Below are positions 20,163-30,353 of a stretch of DNA of 64,000 bases, one piece after another. Position 1 is the stretch's first letter; each line of letters opens with the position of its first letter. The stretch is from IMG/VR virus record IMGVR_UViG_3300046692_000581, one strand, 5' to 3'. The position numbers were made by a program, and so were the translations under genes. Source of the stretch: an uncultured virus (IMG/VR IMGVR_UViG_3300046692_000581) (lineage: Duplodnaviria > Heunggongvirae > Uroviricota > Caudoviricetes). The notes below the pieces were generated by a model that worked only from the letters and a program-made list of their open reading frames with translations, was not told the origin of the DNA and ran no database searches.

Positions 20163-21170
20163 TCATGCCTTGGTGGACAGAATCACAAATTGAATGCCCG
20201 GAAAGGTGTCGGTGAGCGTAGTGACGACGTGATTGTGCCAGTTCGCAGGCATGCTTGAGGCGTCGATGACCACAACGCCTGAAGACAGGATCATGGCTTC
20301 GGCTTTCATGTGCGGATTTAGCTTGATGCAGCGATGGACAATGCCCAGCACCAACGTCACCAGACTCTGAATTTTCTCATCAAGACTGCCCAGTGATTGC
20401 GTACCGTGGTCGTTGTGCTTGAGGAGGACAGAGCGATTATGAGAAACACTGTAAGCAATTTCGCCCCAGCCAGTCAGGGGGATAGTGAAGGCATCAATGA
20501 TTGATTGAATGGTGCCGATCATTGTCTCTGCTGCTTTGAGCTGAGCTTCAACAGGACGCCCTTCCATGGCGTGGATCTGATGCTCGCGGTAGCACAGGTA
20601 AAACCACTTGAACCATTCGATACACAATGCTGTTGACTCATCGGAACTAAGGCAATCTCGGTATCCAAATGTTCGGCTGTAAAAGCCTGTGCTGCCTGTA
20701 TTGTCTTGCGGGCAGGCGCTTGGCGCTGAATCAAACGAGTGAAATTGCAGGACCGGCAAAGGCTCGTATTCTACAAGCTCCATTCTGCATCTTTGCTGAA
20801 GATTGGAGCCCCATTTTTTGAGGGATTTTACGGCGCCGGAATCGTTGAGCTTTGACTTGGTTTGCAAAGATGATGAGCGCGTCCAGGTCTGGTCGCTATG
20901 CTCGCCAAAGCTACCTGACAGTTGAATGGAGAAAGGTGTGTCGCAGTGTGGTGCGCGATTTTTTAGCAGCGTGAAGCCAGGATCTTTCGACCTGTTGATT
21001 GCCAAATCAAAACTGCGTACCAGAGGCCACAGTCCAGCACAGATCGCTTGAGACAGATCCCTGATCAATCGTTCGCTTGCATGCGGAATGATGGTCACTT
21101 TCTGGTCAAATTCAAGATTGAAGTCTCGTTGTTCCAGAAGGTTTTTGACCCTTATTTCTGTTAAGCGCAT
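20163..21170 (-). CDS. degenerate ABC-type (AAA_21/PtuA-like) ATPase homologue
   Basis: MRLTEIRVKN start, SRTFGYRDCL, HRCIKLNPH, GVVVID, TFPGIQFV; Walker A/B residues lost. Confidence 0.7.
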   Translation of the reverse strand: MRLTEIRVKNLLEQRDFNLEFDQKVTIIPHASERLIRDLSQAICAGLWPLVRSFDLAINRSKDPGFTLLKNRAPHCDTPFSIQLSGSFGEHSDQTWTRSSSLQTKSKLNDSGAVKSLKKWGSNLQQRCRMELVEYEPLPVLQFHSFDSAPSACPQDNTGSTGFYSRTFGYRDCLSSDESTALCIEWFKWFYLCYREHQIHAMEGRPVEAQLKAAETMIGTIQSIIDAFTIPLTGWGEIAYSVSHNRSVLLKHNDHGTQSLGSLDEKIQSLVTLVLGIVHRCIKLNPHMKAEAMILSSGVVVIDASSMPANWHNHVVTTLTDTFPGIQFVILSTKA

Positions 21171-21664
21171 GCACTACTCGCGTTCTGGCGGCACACGATA
21201 TTTGAATCGTCCCCAAGGATCATTTGGTGTGGGTAAAACTGCTTAAATAGGTCGAGCATTTCAACAAAGAGTGGCTCATCACCAGGAGTGGGGGGATTGC
21301 TACCTACAAGGCTATAGGCGCGTTTGTGGCAAAAATCAACAATGATGTCCATCAGTGCCGAAAGCATGGAGAGATCGAAATTAAACGACAGCTGCATGGC
21401 GAAACACCAAACGCGCTGGCCCTCTTCTGCGATGACATCGAAGCTTTCTTTGAGCTGCCCGAGCATGCTCATCCAAGTTTGATGACGATACGGATTCGGC
21501 ACGCCGAGCCTAATTCTTTCGTCATTGGCGTCGCACAGCCGTTTTTCTACGAAGTCAAAAAGATTGGCCTTCACCCAATGGATCAACTCATTTTTGCTTT
21601 CAAAACGAGCCGTACTGTCCATTGGCGGCATTGGATACTTGAGGGTGACGTTACGTAGGCTCAA
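21161..21664 (-). CDS. hypothetical protein
   Basis: Overlapping start/stop with neighbours. Confidence 0.65.
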   Translation of the reverse strand: MSLRNVTLKYPMPPMDSTARFESKNELIHWVKANLFDFVEKRLCDANDERIRLGVPNPYRHQTWMSMLGQLKESFDVIAEEGQRVWCFAMQLSFNFDLSMLSALMDIIVDFCHKRAYSLVGSNPPTPGDEPLFVEMLDLFKQFYPHQMILGDDSNIVCRQNASSACA

Positions 21665-22509
21665 TGACTCTGCTCCTGATGGCTGAGTTGCTTCAAACTC
21701 AATTGTTCTTTTTGTAGAATATCGGCGATTTGACGCTCATAAAAAGAGATTGAGTTAAGCACTGCTTCGATGTTTTTTGGTGTGATGGAGGCAAGGTAGG
21801 TGGACATTGCGCACCTTACATCCTCTGAGCATTCATAATGCATTTGGCAAATTGGATGATTCCAATCGCGTTGTTTGTAGCACAAAAAAATGCCTTGCCG
21901 CTGTTCATCACCACCATCTCGCTCATCACAGGTTCTGTAGGGGATTTGCGGTATCAAGTCTCTAATAAGCGTCAGCTCTGCGCTGGTAATAAAGCATTCG
22001 CTGTTGTAAGTGCCGGGGTTTTGTTGATGCGTTTCAACCCAGGTAGCGGCATCCCTAAGACGCATGCTGATGGCAAGCATTTGGGGTGGCGAGAGCTTGA
22101 GGTAGTAAGAGGAGATCGGCACCAGTGATTTGTGAACGTAGCCGGTGAAGTGAAATAGCTTTTGATTGGAGCTTGAGATCATTACATCTCGATGCTGGTG
22201 CGCCCCGAAACGGTCTGTGGTGCTGCTCCTGCCATAATGATCGCCAAGATGCCAATCGGTTAGCTCTACTTTTTTGAGCGCCGACAAGATTTCAGTAATT
22301 TGCTCTTGTGTGGCCAGCGGATTGAGTTGGCCGAAAGTGGTCATCTGGTAGTCAGCATCGATGATCGCCGAGGTTATCGCATTAACCAGCTTCGATCCCC
22401 TGTGCGTCATGCGGTCAAGGAGTGCATTGAGACGCGTGGGCTCATAGGAGCCCAGGCCGTTGACTGCAACAGGAACTAGCCATTTTTTGAGCGCTTCAAA
22501 TGCTGACAT
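21661..22509 (-). CDS. hypothetical protein
   Basis: GGAG SD before ATG 22509, just after the smpB stop. Confidence 0.7.
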   Translation of the reverse strand: MSAFEALKKWLVPVAVNGLGSYEPTRLNALLDRMTHRGSKLVNAITSAIIDADYQMTTFGQLNPLATQEQITEILSALKKVELTDWHLGDHYGRSSTTDRFGAHQHRDVMISSSNQKLFHFTGYVHKSLVPISSYYLKLSPPQMLAISMRLRDAATWVETHQQNPGTYNSECFITSAELTLIRDLIPQIPYRTCDERDGGDEQRQGIFLCYKQRDWNHPICQMHYECSEDVRCAMSTYLASITPKNIEAVLNSISFYERQIADILQKEQLSLKQLSHQEQSH

Positions 22510-22522
22510 CTTCTGCTCCAAA

Positions 22523-22993
22523 TTAGTGAGCGTGGACGATTCGCTGCTTTTCACGAGCCCAATCACGATCTTTTTCTGTTGCACGCTTATCGTGATCTTT
22601 TTTGCCCTTGGCCAGCGCGATGTCGCATTTGACCAAATGGCCTTTCCACTTCAGGGAAACTGCCACGCAGGTGTAGCCTTTCTGTTCAACTGCGGCTTGA
22701 AGCTTTTCAAGCTCGCGACGATTCAGAAGCAGCTTTCTGGTTCGAATCGGATCTGGCGTAAAGTGGGTGCTCACGGTTGGCAGCGGGGTGATGAACGCGC
22801 CCATAAGGAAGGCTTCGCCGTTCTTGAAGACAACATAGCTGTCTACCAGCTGCACTTTATTGGCTCGGATGGATTTGACTTCCCAACCATCCAGCATCAG
22901 GCCCGCTTCAAAGAACTGCTCCAGGTAGTAATCATGGCGCGTCTTTTTGTTCTGTGCGATGGTTGTGTTTATTTCTTGTTTAGCCTTGCTCAT
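22523..22993 (-). CDS. smpB: SsrA-binding protein
   Basis: [38 protein letters not shown]. Confidence 0.97.
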   Translation of the reverse strand: MSKAKQEINTTIAQNKKTRHDYYLEQFFEAGLMLDGWEVKSIRANKVQLVDSYVVFKNGEAFLMGAFITPLPTVSTHFTPDPIRTRKLLLNRRELEKLQAAVEQKGYTCVAVSLKWKGHLVKCDIALAKGKKDHDKRATEKDRDWAREKQRIVHAH

Positions 22994-23167
22994 TGCGATT
23001 CCTTAGTCCCGAACGTTCGGTCGAAGCGGAATGATATTAAAACAAGACGCTTATGTCAATACCAGTGACGTATCAATTGGTAGGTTTATGGGGCCTTACA
23101 TTAATAAGTGATAATCGTGATACCATTCGTCTCTGAAAAATGATCTTTGGAATGATGGAAAATAACA

Positions 23168-24076
23168 ATGAATTCAAAAATGCGTTCCGTGCTACAGGCT
23201 ATGTGTTCTGTTTTTCACCCCTCCCCCAAATCAGAAGCCTTCACATCGATTGTTTCGAGGCTGATTGATGAGCGTAAGCCGGTTCTTTTGCGCCCTTCTA
23301 ACCCGCGTCAGAAAGCGCTTATGCTGGAGAAGTACATGGGTTCCGATGTGAAGGCGCTGAGCAATGGAGGATATGTGTTTGTGTCTCGTGCAGATGCTCC
23401 GATGGTGGTTACAATTTTAGTTTCACAGTCAATTAGCTATGAGCTTGTTCCGTTGGAACAAGTATCCTCCCACCTCGGTCCTGACCCTGCCTCACTCCTT
23501 GCTGAAAATAAGGTGATGGTTGTAATTGATGATGAGCGAGTAGATTTTGAGGTGCGAGACAAGAATTTCACGCTTGTTTGCCAATGGATAATTGATTGGA
23601 CAACGCGTTTTATTAGGAGCGCTGACACATCTGTCATTCCCGAACTGATTAAGATTGTGAATGCCAGGACGCGTGTTCCGCTCATTTTTATTGATTGGTC
23701 CTTGCCACGAAAAAGGGGGGTGTCGGTTATTTTTGTGCAATCTAAGCGCATCATTGCTCCATGCATTCTGACATCCTTGACCTATGCGGATCATGAGGTT
23801 TCTGCTGCGCTTGGTGAGATAACGCTAACCGATGAGGTGAGGTCATACACTGCAAATGCTGTAACAATTGTAGGTAGTGGGCCTGCCCATTATATGGATC
23901 TGATCGGAGATGATAATCCTGACATTTATACCGTAGAAGCAGATCGCGTGCTGGGTTCAGCAAAACGTCAAAAAGAATCCTCTTTTAGGGGGACTCCTGC
24001 AATTTTTGTAAAGCCAAGTAAACTGGCCTTTTCTATAAATGAAGGACGGTTAGTGCTGATCGATCTTGAACGATAA
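23168..24076 (+). CDS. hypothetical protein
   Basis: 302-aa ORF. Confidence 0.7.
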   Translation: MNSKMRSVLQAMCSVFHPSPKSEAFTSIVSRLIDERKPVLLRPSNPRQKALMLEKYMGSDVKALSNGGYVFVSRADAPMVVTILVSQSISYELVPLEQVSSHLGPDPASLLAENKVMVVIDDERVDFEVRDKNFTLVCQWIIDWTTRFIRSADTSVIPELIKIVNARTRVPLIFIDWSLPRKRGVSVIFVQSKRIIAPCILTSLTYADHEVSAALGEITLTDEVRSYTANAVTIVGSGPAHYMDLIGDDNPDIYTVEADRVLGSAKRQKESSFRGTPAIFVKPSKLAFSINEGRLVLIDLER

Positions 24077-24259
24077 TTCATGATGAATTATTTTTTGACA
24101 AAATCTTCTTCGTGCCATAATATCGTTCAAATGAAATGTTGGATCTGATTATGATAGGATCCACTGGTAGCCGAAAGGCAAGTTGATGTACCTCTCGCCG
24201 AAAGGCAAAATCGACCCACATTCGTGTGGGTTTTGTTATTCAGGAAAAGGAGTACTGAA

Positions 24260-24442
24260 ATGAAAGATGCATCGGATGTACCCGTTCTGACACGTGAGCG
24301 ATTGGTCGTCTCAGCTGAGGCGTTTGATCGAATTCTGGCAATGGAAAATGAGCCTTGCGTACCCTCGCCTTCGCTGATCGCGCTGATGCGTAACAAGCGG
24401 GTTCGAGAGAAACGCCGCCAAAATGGCTCTGACGCCGGTTGA
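24260..24442 (+). CDS. truncated DUF1778/TacA-like antitoxin fragment
   Basis: AGGAG SD; ERLVVSAEAFDRIL..E.P..PSPSLIALM resembles the DUF1778 C-terminal half. Confidence 0.55.
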   Translation: MKDASDVPVLTRERLVVSAEAFDRILAMENEPCVPSPSLIALMRNKRVREKRRQNGSDAG

Positions 24443-24469
24443 CTAACTAAGCATGGATGCGCGTCATTC

Positions 24470-25285
24470 ATGCTTTTTTATCGGGTGATTAACATGGAAA
24501 ATGGTAGTGGCATGCCTGTAAAGTCGTACGCAATTAAGACCAAAAACGGTGTGAAGTGCCGCCTTCTCTGGCCAATTCAAACTGACCTTGGGTTGATGGC
24601 TGTCATTGACTATTTGAATGTGGATCATCTGGGTGAGGAGCGCTTCGAAGGCGCTTACAGATTTTCGGCGCGTGACATCTTGGTGGCTACAGGTTATGTC
24701 GCCCTGACAATTAATGATCACTTTGGCGTTAGCCCCGTGCGCGTCTTCATACGTTGTGCATTTGCGGCTGAAGTCGAAAAATATGCTGTGGCGCCTGTCG
24801 AGTGGCGGCACGACACTAATCAACGGTTGCAATGTCACATCCACATTAACTACACGTACCGCGAAAATGCCTTGCGTGAGGCTGGTGTCGATGAGGATCC
24901 CTTCATACGTGATCTGGAGATAGATGATCTTCCCGTGATCATTCCGACTGAGGCGGAAAATCTTAAAGATATGTCACTCCGTGAGTTTACGCGCTCTCAG
25001 TCCAGCGATAATTCGGGTGTTGGCGAGAAATTCGATTTGAAGGATTTGCGTGCCGGAGCGATGAGATCATCCTCTACCTACGCGGCTCTGATTATCCAGC
25101 TTGAGCATGATCGTTTTGATCAAATCCGTGTTCTCAGCACGGTGATGAACGCTTTGGGCATTAGCCTGGAAGAAGTTGAGTGCTTTCGAAGACAGCCATC
25201 TGGCGTCGATGATTCGGCACAAGATCGCTGGAACGATGAAATGGATGAGTTGGAAAAGAAAGCGCCAAAGCCCTTTATTGAATAA
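24470..25285 (+). CDS. hypothetical protein
   Basis: 271-aa ORF. Confidence 0.65.
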   Translation: MLFYRVINMENGSGMPVKSYAIKTKNGVKCRLLWPIQTDLGLMAVIDYLNVDHLGEERFEGAYRFSARDILVATGYVALTINDHFGVSPVRVFIRCAFAAEVEKYAVAPVEWRHDTNQRLQCHIHINYTYRENALREAGVDEDPFIRDLEIDDLPVIIPTEAENLKDMSLREFTRSQSSDNSGVGEKFDLKDLRAGAMRSSSTYAALIIQLEHDRFDQIRVLSTVMNALGISLEEVECFRRQPSGVDDSAQDRWNDEMDELEKKAPKPFIE

Positions 25286-25670
25286 AGGTTGTACCGGCAT
25301 TTTAAATTTATGTACGCCAAGGCCTCGAAAGCCTGCAAGACCATTCGTTACGGAAAATGCCACGGCTGGGCGCAGCTATTACCCGTGAATTGTAGTCCAG
25401 TCGCATCAATTTCCACCGACCGTCGCAGCCATTTCGAAAAGCGAAGCCCGCCGTTAGTTCTTTTCAACTCGGTGCTGTCGCACTTAATTCGGAAGCCGAC
25501 AAAAGCGGTCGCATCAGTGATGTCGTGTTTGCAGAAAATCATGAGCAAGCAGCGATCTTGCTCACAAGCAATTACGCCCAGAGTTTCAGAGAACTATTTG
25601 ACGTTGAGCTGGTGAATGTTCGGGGTGGCACGGAAAATCGCATTTATTGTTATTGTTGTTGCGATTTCGC

Positions 25671-26210
25671 TCAGTGCGCGACTTTTATCCTTTGTGCCAG
25701 GCAATAGCCGTGATTTCTAACAGAACGGACCAGTCGCTCTCCATTGGCTGCTGTCTTGAATTTTTTCTGCAACCGGCTCAGGCACATCTCAAGGCCGATA
25801 TATTGTTCAGGGTCTTTATCGATACATAGAATAAGATCGTTTTTGCTGAGTACCCGTCTCTCGCTGAGAACCATTTGTTTGATCATTAACGACTCGGTGC
25901 GGGTCAATGGGATAATGATGTCTTCCTTGACTAATGTTCGGTTGTCAGCATTAAACCACCAGACATCAGGATTGCTTTGCGACTCTTTAACTTGACTGAC
26001 TGCCGAGATGAATTTTACATCGCTTAGCAATATACCGTCCTGGTCGAGCAGGATGTGCGTGAAGCGACTCTTTCTGATGCGTTCGCTGCTTAGTTTGCCT
26101 GACTCAATTTCAAAAGATAAATGCAGGCGTTTTGCAAGAAGCGATTCGATTGCTTGTCGTGCCAGTTGGTCTCGGGTGAAAATAAGAAAGCTGTTATTTG
26201 GCGTATTCAC
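25671..26210 (-). CDS. OmpR/PhoB-type winged-helix regulator
   Basis: LTRTES, LSKNDLI, LEMCLSRLQKK, VRSVRNHGY. Confidence 0.8.
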   Translation of the reverse strand: MNTPNNSFLIFTRDQLARQAIESLLAKRLHLSFEIESGKLSSERIRKSRFTHILLDQDGILLSDVKFISAVSQVKESQSNPDVWWFNADNRTLVKEDIIIPLTRTESLMIKQMVLSERRVLSKNDLILCIDKDPEQYIGLEMCLSRLQKKFKTAANGERLVRSVRNHGYCLAQRIKVAH

Positions 26211-26333
26211 AATAAGGTTCCTTCCTAGTCAGGTGAAGTTTTCAAGGCTTAGATAAGTTTTGTAAGTGAGTAGTACCTCCCCTGGAAAAATATAAAGGCA
26301 TGCTGCGAGCCAGTGTGGGTAGTGCTTTGTGCT

Positions 26334-26677
26334 CTACTCGATTAGCCATGAACTCAAGTAGGCCCATGCCTCATCGATTGAATACAACTCTATTCGAAGG
26401 ACATTTCGGCGAATGACTTCCATGACGTGGTTACTGAGGTCTTGGTAGAGCATGTAGTTCGAAGAGTAGCATGCGAGGCTTTCCCGCTCCACCAATTCTA
26501 GGAGCTGTAACTGGGGTTTCCCCATCTTTATGCCGAGCACTTTCGCCTCATCACTACGACTTACCGCACAGCCATCGTTGAAGAGAAAGCGACAACGGGC
26601 TTTTCGCAAAGACGGGATAAAAGGCCGTTCATATCTAACGTAGAAGTAATTGCATCAATTAGGCCGAAGAGGCTCAT
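26334..26677 (-). pseudogene. umuC: frameshifted, truncated Y-family polymerase UmuC/RulB
   Basis: MSLFGLID then frameshift; NDGCAVSRSDEAK.LGIKMG.P, SSNY.LY.DLS, YSIDEAW then stop. Confidence 0.9.
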
Positions 26678-26683
26678 GCGGTC

Positions 26684-27133
26684 TTACCGTGTCATGCGGC
26701 CTTGCTTGAGAGGGTGAATGGCACAAGTCACCACGCCAAAAACCTCAATCAGCTCCTCAGGGCCGAAGGCCAGAGGTGCAATCATGGGGTTTTCTGCCCG
26801 CAATACCGGGAAGCCGTGTTCGTTTAGGCTGAGGGTCTTGACGGTGAACTCGCCGTTGACTAAGGCCACGATGGCGTCGCCAATCACAGGCTCCAAGGCG
26901 CGATCCACAATGATCCAGTCACCGTCGAAGATGCCTATGCCTGTCATGCTTTGGCCGAACGCCTGTCCAACAAACGTAGACGGTTCACGAAGATTCACTA
27001 GCTCATCGAGAGACAGTGGAGGATCTTCAAAATCCAAGCCTGGACTGGGGAAGCCACAACTGGTCTGACCCAAATGCATTAGCATCGCTGGGTTTTGATT
27101 GGGTACGATTTGCCTAACGATGGTAACGTTCAT
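26684..27133 (-). CDS. umuD: UmuD/RulA S24-family protein
   Basis: CGFPSP cleavage site, GQSM (catalytic Ser), GEFTVK (catalytic Lys), FGVVT. Confidence 0.92.
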   Translation of the reverse strand: MNVTIVRQIVPNQNPAMLMHLGQTSCGFPSPGLDFEDPPLSLDELVNLREPSTFVGQAFGQSMTGIGIFDGDWIIVDRALEPVIGDAIVALVNGEFTVKTLSLNEHGFPVLRAENPMIAPLAFGPEELIEVFGVVTCAIHPLKQGRMTR

Positions 27134-27150
27134 GGCAGGCCTCTAAATGA

Positions 27151-27166
27151 CTGGTTGTACATACAG
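27151..27166. promoter_or_regulatory. LexA (SOS) box
   Basis: CTG-GTTGTACATA-CAG directly upstream of umuD. Confidence 0.9.
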
Positions 27167-27310
27167 TATGTTAGCGTGCATGGCATTAGCAAGGCCCATT
27201 GAAATTGGTACAAAAAATCCTTATAAATCGTAGACTTGGCTGCATCCCCGTGGTAGGTCTGGATTTGACAAGATCCTTGCCGAATGCGATGCTGTATTCA
27301 AGAAGAGGAG

Positions 27311-27526
27311 ATGAAGATGAGTATTGGGACGATTGCTACAAGCGTCATGAGGGCTCTCGGGATCCTTGATGACCAAGACATGTACATGAAGCAAATGGGC
27401 GGCGTGAAGAAACTGCGCGTGGTCGGCAGTGGCATGCTCGAACAAGACGTCTCTGAAATCTACAAATCTGAGAGTTATCAGAAGGCTCAGCGTCAAGCCA
27501 GCCGCGTCCTGTCTAAGAACGCTTAA
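27311..27526 (+). CDS. small hypothetical protein
   Basis: GAGGAG SD; stop 2 nt before the next gene. Confidence 0.7.
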   Translation: MKMSIGTIATSVMRALGILDDQDMYMKQMGGVKKLRVVGSGMLEQDVSEIYKSESYQKAQRQASRVLSKNA

Positions 27527-27528
27527 GC

Positions 27529-28311
27529 ATGGGTCTACTCCTCATACTCCCCATTCTGGTGAGTGGCTACCTCGTCTGCATGCGTCATCCCTACTACTTC
27601 AGCCGACTCCATCGATATGATGGTCAGCTGTTGTATTTGCTCGTCGCAAAACTGGGGCTATTTTGCCTGTTCTTCTCTTTTGTGGCCTGCTCACTGAGCC
27701 TATATGTGTTCGAGCAGTATCAGTGGTTTGATTATCAGAAGATGATCGAAACCAAGCTGATTGATCTGGGGTACGTCGACAATGTTCATGCGGCGCTGTA
27801 CGCCTTTATGGTGCAGGTCGGAGTCATTTCGGTCTTCATTCCCCTGCCCTGGACAATTCTGGCTCGCATCTTTGGTTTCGTGAAGGGGCGGTTCACTGGC
27901 TTTGAGTCAGCGAAAGCCTATTACCTCACCAAGGGGCTCCTCGATACACCTCTTGGTAAGCTGATGTACCGTTCTATCTCTGCGGGTGAACGCGCAATCA
28001 TCATGGTCACGATGACTGACCGCAAAGTTTATATTGGCCATGTATCGGGCCTTGGGGAGCCTAGTGAAAGGGAATCTCCCCACAGCATGTTCACCTTCGT
28101 GCCGAACTACAGCGGCTATCGTGACAAGGACACGTTGAAGCTAAAAATCACCACCACTTACCCACAAGATGTTGGGATTAAGATTGTGTTGCGTGAAGAA
28201 AATATCTCGACGGCGACGCCATGGAACTTCGACCAGTGGGAAGAGTTTTCTAGATTGCAGGATGCCGAAGAGAAGCCACACGTAAGTGTACGAAGCAAGC
28301 TAAAGAAATAA
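27529..28311 (+). CDS. membrane protein (about 3 TM plus soluble C-terminal domain)
   Basis: Hydrophobic N-half; RKVYIG and SGYRD motifs. Confidence 0.75.
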   Translation: MGLLLILPILVSGYLVCMRHPYYFSRLHRYDGQLLYLLVAKLGLFCLFFSFVACSLSLYVFEQYQWFDYQKMIETKLIDLGYVDNVHAALYAFMVQVGVISVFIPLPWTILARIFGFVKGRFTGFESAKAYYLTKGLLDTPLGKLMYRSISAGERAIIMVTMTDRKVYIGHVSGLGEPSERESPHSMFTFVPNYSGYRDKDTLKLKITTTYPQDVGIKIVLREENISTATPWNFDQWEEFSRLQDAEEKPHVSVRSKLKK

Positions 28312-28368
28312 GGCAGTATTCAGGGCATCCGGAAGTTGATTTCTTACATGATATAATAAGAAATTACT

Positions 28369-29136
28369 TTGGATGCCAATATGAAAACTGCAAATATTGA
28401 TTGCACTTCCCTAAAAACGGATATAGCCAAAAGTGATTTGGAGTCAGGTGTTGATGCCTGTAAGTTTTTGGGGATAACCACTCGATACGCTCTAATCAAC
28501 AAAAATCCACAAGACATTGCTCCCTCTCGATTTGGGGTGGCCTTCCGTTTAGGCGCGGCGTATTTATGTCGAAATGATGCTATTTTTAAGGAGTGTAGAG
28601 AGGCCATGCTACAGAGTGCTCTCCCCCTGGCCAATGAGTTGAATGTCTCCCCTTCTTTTATCGCTAATGAGCTGTCATTGGCAATATGCGCCGGTCGCTT
28701 GGAGCTGGTTGATATAATTTATGAGAAAGGCGTTTATCAAGAGGGTGATTACTACGCTGACGTCACCAAAGTGCTATTGGCACTGTACAAAGGTAATCTT
28801 GATGAGGCTTATGGTGCCGCATTGGGTGTTCTGGGTGATATGGCGGTAAGCGAAAAAGAATATGCATCTTGGGCAAACGCGGTAATTTGCGTTACAGCAG
28901 GTCAGTACGAAGCGGCCTTCATCAATCTGTCCCATTATCTTTCTGCGCAAAAAAAATACGTTGAAACGCATTTGAGTAAAATGGCGAGGGGCAAAGAGAC
29001 ATGCATTTGCTCAATTGATTTTCTTGACTTGCCCACTGCCGCACTCATCTGTCTGATTGAACGCATGGGTGTGAGGGTCCCTGAAGCCATCAGGAGATCG
29101 GATTACACGGACATTGACTGGATTGGTGCTGAATGA
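28369..29136 (+). CDS. hypothetical helical protein, possibly Imm49-like
   Basis: C-terminal FLDLPTAALICL..R.G pattern; weak. Confidence 0.45.
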   Translation: MDANMKTANIDCTSLKTDIAKSDLESGVDACKFLGITTRYALINKNPQDIAPSRFGVAFRLGAAYLCRNDAIFKECREAMLQSALPLANELNVSPSFIANELSLAICAGRLELVDIIYEKGVYQEGDYYADVTKVLLALYKGNLDEAYGAALGVLGDMAVSEKEYASWANAVICVTAGQYEAAFINLSHYLSAQKKYVETHLSKMARGKETCICSIDFLDLPTAALICLIERMGVRVPEAIRRSDYTDIDWIGAE

Positions 29137-29167
29137 AAAAGGGCGCCAATTGGCGCCCCACTGTCGC

Positions 29168-30352
29168 TTAGCTGATGGTTACCGTTCCAATACCCTGATC
29201 ATGGCTTTCTACGTGCTTTGGAGACCCGGTTATGATCACGTCGCCAAAACCTTCTTTGACCAAATGCAGATGCTCACTTGCGTGGGCCTGTATTTCGTAT
29301 AAGCCTTGCTGAACGATGGAAAGGTTCTTGGTAAGGCTGCGTTTGGCGTCAATGTTGCCGTCGCCTACAGCGTTGATTGAAAGGTCTTCAATAATCCCAA
29401 TCAGTGTTGCGTCGATGTCACCGTTAAATTCCAGGCTCAGCGAAGGCTTTAGCAAATCTTCAAATTCAAATGACCCTTCTCCATTGAAAATCACTTTGGT
29501 GATCATCCAGCTCGCGATGTTCAGGACGACTGGATCGTCAAGGTAAGATTCAATTGTCATTACGCCAAGGTCATCGATGATGTCAACGTTATTGAAATCA
29601 ATCCCCTTCGCAAAGGCGCTGATTTTATTTAATTTTGATGGAACGATATTTACATGAAAATGCCCTTTTAATTCAATTGTCTTTTGCGTGCAGGTGAAGG
29701 AAAGTGATTGTAGTTTGGGATCTTCAGGTTTTGCCAATTCATGTTGGTCGAACGCATTGGTGTAGGTATTGAAATCAGTACTGGAGTGCAGCACAAAAAT
29801 AACGTCCTCTATGGTGCCCTCGTAGTCCGTAAAATGGGCTTCAAATTCTTCACGAGCTACCAAGGCAGAGATGTCGATAGGTGTCTCATGCACGCCTGTA
29901 CCAATGGCAGGTATCGCCAGGGACTTCACCCCGAGTTCGTCAGCTGCTTTGAAGATGTTCCGATAGCAGTTTCTCAGGCGCTCCATGTTTGTGTCGGAGG
30001 GGCTACTCCAGTAAGGCGTCACGGTATGAATGATATGGGTGCAAGGCAGGTTATAGCCTTTGGAGACGACCACATCACCTTCATCACACGAATCGTATTG
30101 AGCCAGCTCTTTTTCCAGCTCTTTACCCGCTGCCGCGTGAATAGCCCAGTCGATGCCTCCGCCTGCTTGCAGGAGCCGATTGGTAGAGTTCACCATGGCG
30201 TCGGCTCTGACTCTGGTGATCGAGCCCCGCTCTAGCCTGATTTTAACGTCAAAGCGGTATTCTAATGAATTGAGTTCTTCCTGCGTGGGGGCTGGTTTTG
30301 CTGGGAACAGCCCATTCTTTTTGAACAAAAATGGAAGGTAATCTTTTAACAT
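29168..30352 (-). CDS. macrodomain (ADP-ribosylhydrolase) fused to GIN/DUF2807-like C-terminal domain
   Basis: GSIT...DAMVNSTN, GGGIDWAIH.AAG, IIHTV.P, PAIGTGV; C-terminal G.G.I repeats ending G.GTVTI. Confidence 0.85.
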   Translation of the reverse strand: MLKDYLPFLFKKNGLFPAKPAPTQEELNSLEYRFDVKIRLERGSITRVRADAMVNSTNRLLQAGGGIDWAIHAAAGKELEKELAQYDSCDEGDVVVSKGYNLPCTHIIHTVTPYWSSPSDTNMERLRNCYRNIFKAADELGVKSLAIPAIGTGVHETPIDISALVAREEFEAHFTDYEGTIEDVIFVLHSSTDFNTYTNAFDQHELAKPEDPKLQSLSFTCTQKTIELKGHFHVNIVPSKLNKISAFAKGIDFNNVDIIDDLGVMTIESYLDDPVVLNIASWMITKVIFNGEGSFEFEDLLKPSLSLEFNGDIDATLIGIIEDLSINAVGDGNIDAKRSLTKNLSIVQQGLYEIQAHASEHLHLVKEGFGDVIITGSPKHVESHDQGIGTVTIS

Positions 30353-30353
30353 C

